Assembly (NCBI RefSeq): GCF_004010195.1
Contig: NC_057755.1
Span: forward strand, 412,399 to 476,398
Length of the DNA: 64,000 nucleotides
Reading direction: 5' to 3'
Source of the DNA: Chiloscyllium plagiosum
Taxonomy: Eukaryota
Position numbers and translations under genes: made by a program. Within the stretch, counting starts at the first letter, position 1. Every line of letters begins with the position of its first letter. Under the pieces are notes generated by a model. That model was given only the letters and a program-made list of their open reading frames with translations. It was not told where the DNA came from and ran no database searches. Below, in pieces: positions 25,786 to 37,544 of the stretch.

Positions 25786-28351
25786 TTTGAAGGCTTTGAA
25801 CACAAAAGTGTCAAGGGAAGGCAAGAAATTGTGAATTTCAGGGAATTGGTCCTTGGGAGAGTGACAACTAAACCCAGTTACCCAGTCTGAGACTGCAGAA
25901 TGGAATATGAATTCAGAGCAGTTTTCGTCACAAGACACAAAATCACAATGGAATCTGGTGTGTTTTTTAGTGCAATATGATTTGAACTGAGAGTCTAATC
26001 CAGTCTGAGGCAAAGTATAACCAATGCACCTATGTGGCCATCTTGTTTTCTCTCATGTTTGACAAAACACCAGATTTGCATCACATTTCTAACGATACCT
26101 TCGTCTCTCCTGGCATGCTATCATAGACACTTTATTGTATGAGTGTTGGTTACACAGCTAAGTGGTAAGAGATTATAGTTGAGTGCAATTCATTCAACAG
26201 TGGCCCACAAGTCATCTTGATTGTCCAGATTTGAATTGCTGGATCTGTTCTGAGTGCAAACTACTTTGCACGGTGGTAGTGCACATAGCATGATGAAGCG
26301 TGTCTCCAAAGTGAAGACAAGACTTTATCTCCACAAGGACTATGTGAGAGTCACTTCTGTCTATACTGTCAAGGGCAGAGACATCTACGACAGATGAGGA
26401 TAATGTCAATAGGTTTACTTGGTTCCCTCACCACCTATTTCTGCACAGTCAGGCACACATGTCCTCCTGGATTTGGCTAGCTTAGTAAGCAATGCTGCTA
26501 CCAAAACACTTTTTGGTTGGACATCTTGAAGTTGTCAATTCTGAGCACCTTTGTGCTCAAGCCACCCTTAGTGCTTCTTCCAAGTGGTGTCCATGTTGAA
26601 GTACTCATCAACTGAGAGAGAGCACTGAGATGGTGCTGATGTCATGGGTCTTGGTGCATTCCCAGCTGTTTGCTGCCACCTTCAATGGTAGACAGGGCCG
26701 AAGCAAGGATGGTGATGGTTATATCTGTGACATTTGCTGTAATGTATGATTCACAGTGAGTATGGTCTGACCGGCTGTTACTTAAATTGTTTGTGGCACA
26801 GTTTCCTGACGATGCCAGTTGACAGATTTCAGTAAAGTGGACTTTGCAGAATTGACTGGGCAGATTATATCATTGTCACTTCCAGGGTCCATGTCGATGC
26901 CTGGTGTTCCATCCAATTTTTATTTTTAGTTCCTCTATCATCGTTAGCTGACACGGCTGAGTGGTGTTCTCAGCCGCGTCAGAGCCAGTTAACAATCCCT
27001 TATATTGGCTGGAATTCCGTGCAAAACGTTTTCATCAGGAATGTGTCAATGAATACTCCCAGAGTTGAGTTTGCGCTGATGTGAGTCCATTTGGGTTGTG
27101 GAAATCTGTGGGACTGACAGGATTTCATGAGGTAGCTGTCTGTGTCACAATTGATTGTTACAGTTCAACATATTCTTACAACGATTACCGATAGGGGAAA
27201 GGAGGGAATGCTATTATTTGTAACAAATCAAAGTTTTCACTGCAGTATTTCTGTCTACACATTCTATTGATATTATATCTGATACAAAGCATACGAATCT
27301 GGTAATACTGGTCGTCAGCATTGCTGAATGATTAAACAGGGAAGAAGATCCAATACCTCGCAAAGTGTTAGCATGGACACAGGTTAGTTGAGAAGTTCAT
27401 CAAAATATAATTTGAAAAGGTCCGCTGAATGCACACAGACAGAGCTCAGGCAGAGCTGCAGTCACACACAGTCAGTGGTCCTTCCCACTTCTCTTCCTTT
27501 TCCTCTCTCTCTCAAACTCTCTCTTTTCCACACTCTCTCGCCCTCTGTCTCTTTCACCTCCTCACTATCTGTCAGTCATGCTCCCTCTCTCACTCACCAT
27601 CTCTGTTTTCTAACTCGCCCTCTCTCTTGCGCGCAGTCTAACTCAATAGCACCTCACCCTCTCGGTTGACCCTCCCTCTCTGTTGACTCGCTGTGTCTCT
27701 GTCATCCCTCCCTCTTCCACTCCCTCCCCCCACCCTGTTGCTCCTTCTCTCTTTCACCACTCTGCAAATGTACCATTACCGTTTTGTACAATTTTAAGAG
27801 TTTGAGTCAGAAGATGCTGGCCGTCAAAGGATAATGATGGGGCTGGAGCTCATTCTTAAGCTACTTTTCTTCACGAGAAAGTTTCCGCTGCCTGCTCAAA
27901 TCCATTGCCCTCACCGTCAGAAATGGAGAGTTGCTTTCAGCACCTCTGCAGACATGATGCATTTCAAAGCGTCTGATCTGTTCGTGAGCGAGGCTCCAAG
28001 ATTAGGAATCAGCACTTTCTTTGTTCCAAATTTTTCACTGTCTCTGATGAGTTTTGAAACCTCTTCATGAATTATAAGTTAGATAAAGAGAATTATTTGT
28101 AAGGAACCTCTGGATTTCGTATTTCAGTATCAAAGTAATCAACAGAAAGCGGTGGAGGGGGTGCTCAAGGGACAGCAGCACAGTTACGTCACGTTTGACA
28201 AATATTACCAATTTTGAATAGTATGAACAGGTAGATTGGACAGATTTGAAGACTGTGCTGACAATGTGGTTCACACATATATTCAGTTACTCAATATAAA
28301 AGGAATGATAACTGACTGGGTATAAAGTTTGATTTATGTTTGTGCTCACAG

Positions 28352-28515
28352 GTCCACACTCCACAATCACTCAGTTCTTGAAAGAGTGTACGAGCTACCA
28401 ACTATTCTGGATGGTGAAATTCTACTGAAACAGACTTGAAGAAGCGATTGAAGAAGGAGTGGGTAGACTCGGCTCATTATAAACATTTGAGAGGCTTTTC
28501 AGTGGAAAACAACAT
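28352..28515 (+). pseudogene. NLR death-fold exon (copy B, two stops)
   Basis: PHSTITQFLKECTSYQLFWMVKFY*NRLEEAIEEGVGRLGSL*TFERLFSGKQH. Confidence 0.75.
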
Positions 28516-29404
28516 GCAGAAAGTGGAAGGGACACAGAATGGTTCCAATTATATAACTATCATAAAGCTGGGAGAATAACAACAAAGAAATGCTGGATGA
28601 AGAAGACGATCAAAGTTTTCAAACATCCTGATAGTCTCATGCTGTAATAATGTTGGCGTTACTAATCAATCACAGTCATCAGTTCTTTCTGAACAAATCC
28701 AGACCTGAAGTGAGAAAAACACCAGTGGTTGTGAACCAAATATTCAGTAATGGGTGGTAACATATTGGCATGGATAGAAGCTTAGCTCGTCAAATGAATC
28801 AGTGCTTGGGTCTTTTACTGTTTGTGACATGTATACATGATGTAGATGCGAATGTTGGGGAATGATAAGCAAATATGCAGATGATAAAACGAATGGCCAG
28901 TTAGTTGGAACAATGAAGAGGAAAGTGTTAGGTAACATGATGATATAAACAGCTTGATCAAATGCGCAGATCAGTGGCAGATTGGAATGTAATCTGATAA
29001 ATGTGATGCACTTTAGAATTAAGAAGACAAGGGAGTACTCTATGAATGAAGGACACTTGGAATTTCAGAGGGACCTTCAGATAGTTTGTACACAGAAGAA
29101 GGGAGAGCAGGTTGATCGGGTCATTAAGAAGACACATGAGACAGTTGTAATTATTAGTCAAGGAATAAATTCTCGGTGCAAGGGAAAGATGCACAGGTCT
29201 TTGGTTGGGCCATCGCTGGAGTACAGTCTGCCATTCTGGTCACCACACTGTAGGAAGGATGTGGTCACACTGGATGCGGACTCCGCAAGAATGTTTCTGT
29301 GTGGAGGGCATTTTAGCGATGAAGAGAAACTGGAGAAACACAGTCTTGTTGTCCTATTACAGAAGAGGGGAACCTGGTTGAGATACTGTAGATTATGAGA
29401 TTAT

Positions 29405-29755
29405 TATTGTAGAATCCCTAGAGCGTGGAAAAAGGCCCTTTGGCCCAAAAATCCCACAGCGACCTTCCGAAACGTGTCCCACCCAGACCCATTTGCCATT
29501 ACACTACATTTATCCACTGAATAAAGCACCCAACCTACACATTCCAAAACATTTCTGTGAACTAACGATGGGCAATTCACCTAAACTGCACATCTTTGGA
29601 GTGTGGAAGGAAACCGAAGCAGCCGAAGGAAACCCACGCAGTCACGGGGAGAACTTGTAATCTCACACAGACAGTTGCTCGAGGGCGGAATTGAACGCGG
29701 TTCCCTCGCGCTATGAGGTAGCACTGCTAACCACTGAGCCACATTGCCGCCCCCA
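29405..29755 (-). mobile_element. HE1-type tRNA SINE
   Basis: Minus strand GGCGGCAATGTGGCTCAGTGGTTAGC (A box), CGTTCAATTCC (B box); only its tail survives in copy A (~20050-20155). Confidence 0.85.
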
Positions 29756-31489
29756 TTAGGAGGGGAGTTGAGGAAAAATTCCCTTAGAAGATGGTGGGGC
29801 CTGCAACACATTGCTTGGGAGGGTGGTTGATGTGGGTAACCTTTACAAAGTACTTTAGTGAACAAGTGAAATGTCGTAACTTTCCAGGCTATGGTCCTAA
29901 CGTGGTAAAGTAGGTTTCGGGTAGGTGGTGGTGTGTGTTCTGGTGGTACAGACTCTTTGGGCTGAAAGACCTCTGCTGTAGTTTATGATTCTTTGAACGA
30001 GAAGGAGAGCGTTGGAAGTATCAGAGGAACATTAGCTAAGTATGCTAATGAAATAAAGGTGGGGAGGAAACTGAATTACAAGAGAGGACATAAGGAGCCT
30101 ACAAAGAGGTATAAGTAGGCTAAGAAAGTCGGTGAAGATCTGGTAAATGTATGATGTGGGAAAGCGGACAATTGTCTGTTTTGGCAGGACGAATAAAGAA
30201 GAAGTACACATTCTAAATGGTGAGAGATTGACATTTTAACATGTTGGAAGCATTTCAGAAAAGGTTTACTACAAGATGTTCAGCATGGACTGGTTGACAC
30301 CCAGAGGGTGTGTTTACTCTATGAGAATCAGAGAGCTGTACAACATGGAAACAGACCATTTAGTCCAACTCATCAATGCCGAACAGGTATCATCACAACA
30401 AAAGGGACCCGCTTTCAAATTTACCTCGGGCATCTGCCTGTGTGGAGCTTGTGCATTCTCCCTGTGAGTTTTCTCCAGGTGCTCCAGTTTTTAGATATGC
30501 AGGATAGGTGGATTCGCCATGCTAAATTTTCCAGGGAGGTGCAGGATAGGTGCCATAGCCATGGAAATTGCAGGGTTATTGGATAGAGTGAGGGGGTGGA
30601 TCTGGGTTGAATGTTCTTCAGAGGTTTGGTGTGGATTCGATGGTCTGAACGGCATACTTTCACACCAGACATTCTATACATCTGTGACTTATTAAGTATT
30701 GGTGTACCTAATGTCATCAGCTTAGAAGAAATTTTATCCTCATCCCCAACTACAGTCTCACGCTGTATCTAACTTTACTGTCTCTGTCTTCTTTGTGCTT
30801 GGACTGAGCATTTAATTCTTTCTCCAATACATCAGAAATATTGTTTGATTCTCCCTCCATAACATTATTCCAGTGTCTCCTCTCTCAGTCTGTGAGCTGC
30901 TGAAACACCCATTCATGCTTTGGACACACTAAGCACTAATTACTTCTTTTACTCATTCACGGGGTGCGGGCATGGCTGACCAAGCCAGCATTTACTGACC
31001 AGAAGGCAGTTCAGGATCAACCACATTGCTGTGGATCTGGAGTCACGTTTTGGCCAGACCAGGTAAGGACAGCAGTTTGCTTCGCTAAAGGACATTAGTG
31101 ACTCAGATGTTTTTTCCAACATTCAAAAATAGATTTAAGATCATCATTAGACTTTTAATTCCAGATTTTACTGAGTGGAATTGTACCATCTGCCATGGCG
31201 TGATTCGAACCCGGATCCCCCAAGCATTACGCAGGGAACTGTATAAACAGCTTAATACCACTAGGACTTTGACTTTAAGATAACGTAAGTGCTACCGTGA
31301 CAGGCTTTGCTTTGAGATCGTTAAACTTCAGTTGTCCAAAGCTCTTTTACATCTATCCTATCCCACCTGACTGCCACTCAGTTTAACTTCAGTGCTCCTG
31401 GTGCTCAAATAACTATCATTCAAATATCCTGCCTCCAGTTTAAGTCGGTTCATGGCCTCAATCCAGACTATTTATGTAAACCTTCAGGA

Positions 31490-32710
31490 TCATAGAATCA
31501 TAGAGGTGTGCAGCAAGAAAATAGACCATTCTATCCAACTTGTCCATGCCGACCAGATATCGCAACCCAATCTAGTTCCACCTGCCAGCACCTGGACCAT
31601 ATTCCTCCAAACCCTTCCTATTGATATACCCATCCAGACGCTTTTAAATGTAGCCATTGTACCAGCCTCCACCACTTCCTTTGGCAGCTCACTCCAAGCA
31701 CGTATTACCCTCTGTGTGAAAAAGTTGCCCCTTAGGGTTCTTTTATAACTTTCCCCTCTCACCTGAACCTATGCCCTATAGTTCTGGATTCCCTTACCCC
31801 AGGGAACATATTTTGTCTGTTTATCCTATCCATGCCCCTCATGATTTTATTAACCTCTATAAGGTCACCCCTCAGCCTCCAATGCTCCAGGGAAAACAGC
31901 CTTAGCTTATTCAAACTTTCCCTATAGCTCAGATCCTTCAACCTAGGTAACATCCTTGTAAATCTTTTCTGAACCCTTTCAAGTTTCACAATATCCTTCC
32001 GTTAGGAAGGAGACCAGAATTGCACGCAATATTCCAACAGTGGCCGAATCAATGTCCGGTACAGCTGCAAAATGGCGTCCCAAATACTGAACTTTATACT
32101 CTGACCAATAAAGGTACGCATGTCTAACGCCTTCCTCACGATCCTATCTACCTGCGACTCCACTTTCAAGGAGCTATGAACCTGAACTCCAAGTTCTCTT
32201 TGTTCAGCAGCACTCATGAGGACCTTACCATTAAGTGTATAGGTTTTGCTAAGAATTGCTTTCCCAAAATGCAGCACCTCACATTTATCTGAATTGCACT
32301 CCATCTGCCACGTCTCAGCCCATTGGCTCATCGGATCAATATCCCATTGTAATCTGAGGTAACTTTCTTCGCTGTCCGCTATACCTCGAATTTTGGTGTC
32401 ATCAGCAAATTACTAACTATATCTCGTATGCTCACATCCAAATCAATTGTTTAAATGATGAAAAGTAGAGGACCCAGTACCGATCCTTGTGGCACTCCAC
32501 TGGTTACAGGCCTCCAGTCTGAAAAACACAACCACCACCCTCTGTCTTCTACCTTTGAGCCAATTCTGTATCCAACTTGCGAGTCCTCCCTGTATTCCGT
32601 GAGATCTAACCTTTCTCACCAGTTTCCCATGGGGAACCTTGTCAAACGCCTTACTGAAGTTCATATATCTCACATCTACTGCTCTGCCCTCATCAATCCT
32701 CTTTCGACTT
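31490..32710 (-). mobile_element. CR1/HER1 LINE 3' part (copy B of 21545-22765)
   Basis: Same RT and C-terminal motifs. Confidence 0.95.
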
Positions 32711-33527
32711 ATCTTCTTCTGTCCTGTGACCGTTCCCAAGCAGGTTTCTTGAAATCTGTGTTCCTCTGTTTATGTGTTCTTCCTCACATCTCCATATCTT
32801 TACATGATCAGCAGTAACTGAGTTTGAATCAAGTTCAGTGTGATAGTGAGACAGGGATGGTCATTCCATTGAATGGGAAAGAATGGCAGCAAATCGGGCT
32901 CTTATTGCAGAAACTGATCAGTTGACAATTCTGTGCCATGAACCTTACTTCTCACTTGTCAAACCAATCCAGGTTGTCATCCAGGGCTGGCATCCAGGGC
33001 TTCTCACATGGTTGAACACAGTTGATCCCAGAACACAGTGCTGCGAGACTGTTACAGTCATTAACTGAAGCTGAAATAATTGTTCTCCTAAACAATGACC
33101 ATGTGCTTTTGCGCAAGGTATGAGTGGAGTGTTTTTGTGAAAAAAAGGTCATTCACTTGAACCTAATTTTGAGTGATGAATAGATTAGGTTGGAGGGGCT
33201 GAACGGGCCACATCTGCTCTTCACTGTTTTTCCCTTAATCAGACTTGTCAGTAAGTTGTCCAGTAACTATCCTTAAAGAAACTCTGAGATACAGTTAATG
33301 GAAAGGCCATGGTCGAGGGCAAAATGGAGTATTTAGGATCCCAACTTTCCAGAAGAGGTTTACAGTATACTCACCCATATTCACCAAGGGTCAGGATATG
33401 GTGCAGTGACAGCTTTCCAGGGTCAACGTTATGGTGGAATCCCATTGCTGAGGAGATCCCTTCCTTCTCATTCACAATATTTATCTTTAACTCAACTACT
33501 CAATCTATTAATGATTATTCTTTCCAG

Positions 33528-33699
33528 GAAATCACTGGCTTCGTGGAGAAGGGAAACCGGGCGAACAGTTCCAAACTGCTGCTAAATCTGGTGATGGAGA
33601 AAGGCTTTCAGGCCCAAAGAATGATGTGGGTATTCTTTGTGAAAATGCGTCACAGGATACCAAAGTTGGATAAAATACTGAAAGAAATAGAGGAACATG
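33528..33699 (+). pseudogene. NLR death-fold second exon
   Basis: TTTCCAG|EITGFVEKGNRANSSKLLLNLVMEKGFQAQRMMWVFFVKMRHRIPKLDKILKEIEEH|GTACAG; open frame. Confidence 0.85.
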
Positions 33700-33800
33700 G
33701 TACAGCAGTCTCACACTATTTTATTTCGGTTTGGAACACGTCGTATTTTGCAACAGTGTTACACAGTTCCGAAGTAATGAAATCTAAATAATCTCAACAG

Positions 33801-33866
33801 GTCCTCATCTGTTTCATTTTATGGATATGGTCCGAAATATCTCCGGAATACCCAATCACCTGAAAG
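33801..33866 (+). pseudogene. NLR linker exon
   Basis: CAACAG|GPHLFHFMDMVRNISGIPNHLK|GCAATT (GC donor); phase 1-1, 66 nt. Confidence 0.7.
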
Positions 33867-35139
33867 GCAATTGGCAATATGGAAATCTTAAATCATTTTA
33901 TTTCATTTCTGTGCATCAGTATGTTTGAATTTAGCCATTTATTTAATGATTCATAATTTGAGAATTAATATTCACAGCTGGGAAACAAAATTCCAGTTGG
34001 TTTGAAAGTTCAACTATTTTGCATAAATTCAATTTACAATTCACACCGTTTCTCCTGTATGCAGAAAATGTGTGGACGTTGTATTAGTTCATCAATTGAA
34101 TCTGCTGATCACTGTTAGGTGGCAGTTTTACAAGGCGGATCCTGATACACTATGACACCCTGTACACACCTGGCTGTATCCTGATGCACTTATAAGTGTA
34201 TTTGAATCCTCCTGAAATATGATTGTAACTGCACTTTGAGTCTGACAATTTGGTTGTTGCCTGCTGATTGAATGCAGAGATTAAAAACAAAGTGATTTGT
34301 AACTCCTTGAGTCTATACCATGGACGCAGGTCATTCTGCTTAAATGTTCTGAATCCAACCTCTCTTCCCTGAATTTCCATAACACTTCTGTTTGTTTATT
34401 CAGCTTTCGTCCATATTTTCATCTGAACCATTCCTTTGTTTGTGAACCCAATGTACTTATCCAAATCAAAACATCTCTGGAGTAAAGAAGTTTCACCTGA
34501 AATACTTGGTGACGATTTAAATTTCCATATGGATGCTTCCACTGTCCATATACTGTTCCAACCATCAATCATATTCATTAAATGAAATACTTTTATGATG
34601 CGAACCTCGCCCTCATCTCTTTTGCAATGGGATGAGTCCAGGCCTATCCAGTCTCCCTTGCTCACCACAATCTGCAACCTGCAGGTATTTTAGAATGTGG
34701 TGAATTTTATTTGTATCTTTCTCATACATATGATATGGAAATGAGAACATTAATGTACGGTACTGCATTGCTTTTGAATTTAAAACCCTGAGTGTGGATA
34801 TCACTGTCTCGACCAGCATTTTTTGCCAATCCATGGTTACCTTTTTGAACTGCTGCAAAGATTTGTGACATAGACCGGGAATACCAAGATTTTGGCGGAG
34901 CAACTGTGAATTAATTTTCTGGTAGTGTCTGACTTGGAAGGAAAATCTCATGTTGTGCTGGTCCCATTCATCTGATGTCCTTGAACTTCCAAATTACAGG
35001 TTATGAATGTGCGGTCTATGGGATCAAGTGAATTGTGGCAGTGCTGCCATTTTGTGCTCATGATTGATGGAGTGAATATTGAAGGTCATGTAAGTGGTCC
35101 CAATCCAGCAGGATACTTTGTCCTGAATGGTGGCTGAGG

Positions 35140-35680
35140 ATGAAGTTCTGGTCTCCTTGTTATTGAAAGGATGTTAATATAATGGAGAGGATTCAGGAGA
35201 GTTTTAGCAGTATGTTGCCGGGTATGGAAGGTTTAATTTATAACGAAAGGCTATATAGTCTATGACTTTTTTTTCTCCAGGACTGTAGGAGGTTAAGAGA
35301 CGAACTGATAGAAGTTAATAAAATAATGAGGGGTGTAAATAGGGTTAATAGCCTTTGCCTTTTCCCTACGATAGGGATTTCAAGATGACGGGACATATTT
35401 TTAAGATGAGAGGAGAGAGATTTAAAAAGGAAACAAGGAACAATTTTGTTTGCAGAGGTTGTGTCACGTCGAGAAAGAACATCCTGAGCAAGTGATGGAT
35501 GTGGCTAAGATTACAATATTTAAAAGACATTTCGATAAGTAAACAAATAGGAAGGGTTTGGAGGAAATGGACAAGGCGAGCAGGCAGCAATAATTTAGTT
35601 GGGATTATGTTTGGCATGGACTGCTTGGACTGCAGTGCTTGTTTACGTAATGTCTGACACTTTAACTCTATAACTCCAGT
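35140..35680 (+). mobile_element. CR1 LINE 3' fragment in an NLR intron
   Basis: RRLRDELIEVNKIMRG; tail AACTCTATAACTCC. Confidence 0.8.
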
Positions 35681-36070
35681 AATCCAAGCAAATGAGAACA
35701 TTCCATTCACACAGCTGAACTGATTTGTAGGTGGTTGGAGATAGGAGGTGAGTTACTTGCGAGAATCTGTAAGATAATGTCTGTTATAAGCTTCTGTATA
35801 AATCTTGCCGAGAATACATCAGCTTTGTAGAAGTCTCCATGACCAAAACCAGAAGAATTTGAAATCTTTCAAAACTATCCTTCTTTTACATGCGATGTTT
35901 TCATGGATGGCAGTTTAACTTCTACACAAATCTGTGTTCAATCTGTGCACATAATGCTGCATTTTGCTTTCAGATTTGCATCACTCAAGTAAGCAAGTAA
36001 TGCATTTTGACGTTTTATTTTTCGTCAATGTTTAACTAACTTGGTGAACTGCTTTCTGTTCTAATTGACG

Positions 36071-37544
36071 ATGTTCAACAGAATCACAAGGAGACATTGC
36101 GGGTCCAAACTGAAAATCTGAGAGTTGACACTGCAGTAATAAAAGAGGTGAAGATTTTCCCACTGGTTGATCGATACACTGAGCTAACGATTATTTCTAC
36201 TGTTCGAGGTCGGACACTTGTAGAAGATGAATCGTTAGCAAGAGGCCGAGACCATGAAGAGTAGAGCGAGAAACTTCTCCAAACAGAACTGGAAAAAATC
36301 CGAGTTGATCAGTTGTTCCATTGCAAAATTTCCAGGGCAATGTCCAAACCAGGGATTTGAGCAGTCATAAATGGAGTGCCCGGGATTGAAAAATCAACAA
36401 TGATACAAAGGATGCTTTATGACTGGGCCACTGGGAAAATATACCCACGCTTTCAATTTGGATTCATTTTTAATTCCGGTATTTGAATGCTCTTAATTGT
36501 TAGATAAACCTGAGAAATCTGATATTGATTCATTACCGTTACTTAGGGAATGTTGTGGGAGAGTTCTGTAAGAACCCAGGGAGATTGCTGTTTATATTTG
36601 GATGGTTTGCATGAATTCAAGGGCAGTATTCATTTTTTTTTGACAGTCAGGGAAATACAGAACCTCAGTCTATCACTGGATCCATTCTTCACACAAAGGG
36701 GCAGGAAACATCAGCAGGTTCTCAAGACCATCACCCAACTGTATTTCTACTGTATTTATAACATTCTGAAAAACTACGGCCGTCAGATTGCAAACCCTGG
36801 TGAGGTGTTTCTGAAACTTGGTGAGATGGCCTTCACTGGTGTCTCTGAGAAAAATATTGTGTTTAGAAATGGAGATTTGATTCAGTACAATCTGGAACTT
36901 TTCCAGTTCCTGTCTGGATTCCTAACTGAGAGAGATTATTCTGAACGGATTGTTAGTTGCACATTCCCACACATCACCATCCAGGAATTTGTAGCGACCG
37001 TTGGTCGATTCCTGACTCCTGATCCCAGGGACATTCAGAAATTGCTCATTGAGGCCCATGGTAAGGAAGATGAACAATTTGCAATATTCATCCAGTTTGT
37101 TGTTGGTCTCTCCTCCCCACAAGCAGCTCGTCCACTGGAAGGGTTTTAATGTCAATTTCTTTATCAGACAATCTGTCAGGTTATTGATTGGTTGAAGGAC
37201 ATTGTTAACAGACAGATTGGAAACACTGAGACTATAATTGGTAAAAAGAAACCTCCTGAATACATTGCACTACCTGTTTGAGTCTCAGAATAAATCACTT
37301 ACACAGAACTCAGTGAAAGATGTGGAAACATTTTCAGTTAGTGACTTTTGACTCACCCCAATAGACTGTGCAGTCCTCTGTTTTGTCATTGAATTCTGTG
37401 AGTCACTAAAAGAACTTGATCTTTTGAAGATCAGATAGTGTCAGCAGCTGTTTTCAATCATGTAGAGGAGAACGACAACTGCTGCATTCAGTACTAAGGA
37501 TTGCAGCGATTGGGACCCATACTTCACAAATGCCGAGAGCTGAA
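36071..37544 (+). pseudogene. NACHT exon of the NLR pseudogene
   Basis: VQQNHKETLR..LVDRYTELTII..GVPGIEKST (damaged Walker A)..LYDWATGKIY..LLFI/DGLHE (damaged Walker B)..TFPHITIQEFVA..TPIDCAVL..HKCREL|GTAACT. Acceptor reads GACG, not AG. Confidence 0.92.

Larger units (their letters stand above)
24351..33030 (+). repeat. Tandem segmental duplication, copy B
   Basis: Collinear with 14903-23081, with substitutions and copy-specific indels. Confidence 0.95.
27320..37544 (+). pseudogene. NLR (death-fold + NACHT, NLRP3-like/NLRC3-like class) pseudogene
   Basis: Exons ~27320-27382, 28352-~28515, 33528-33699, 33801-33866 and 36071-37544 in order; multiple stops and frameshifts; no downstream LRR exons. 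Confidence 0.9.

Noticed and set aside
34150..34951. Overlapping minus-strand ORFs in an NLR intron
   Set aside because: No recognisable motif; cannot support a call without a search.
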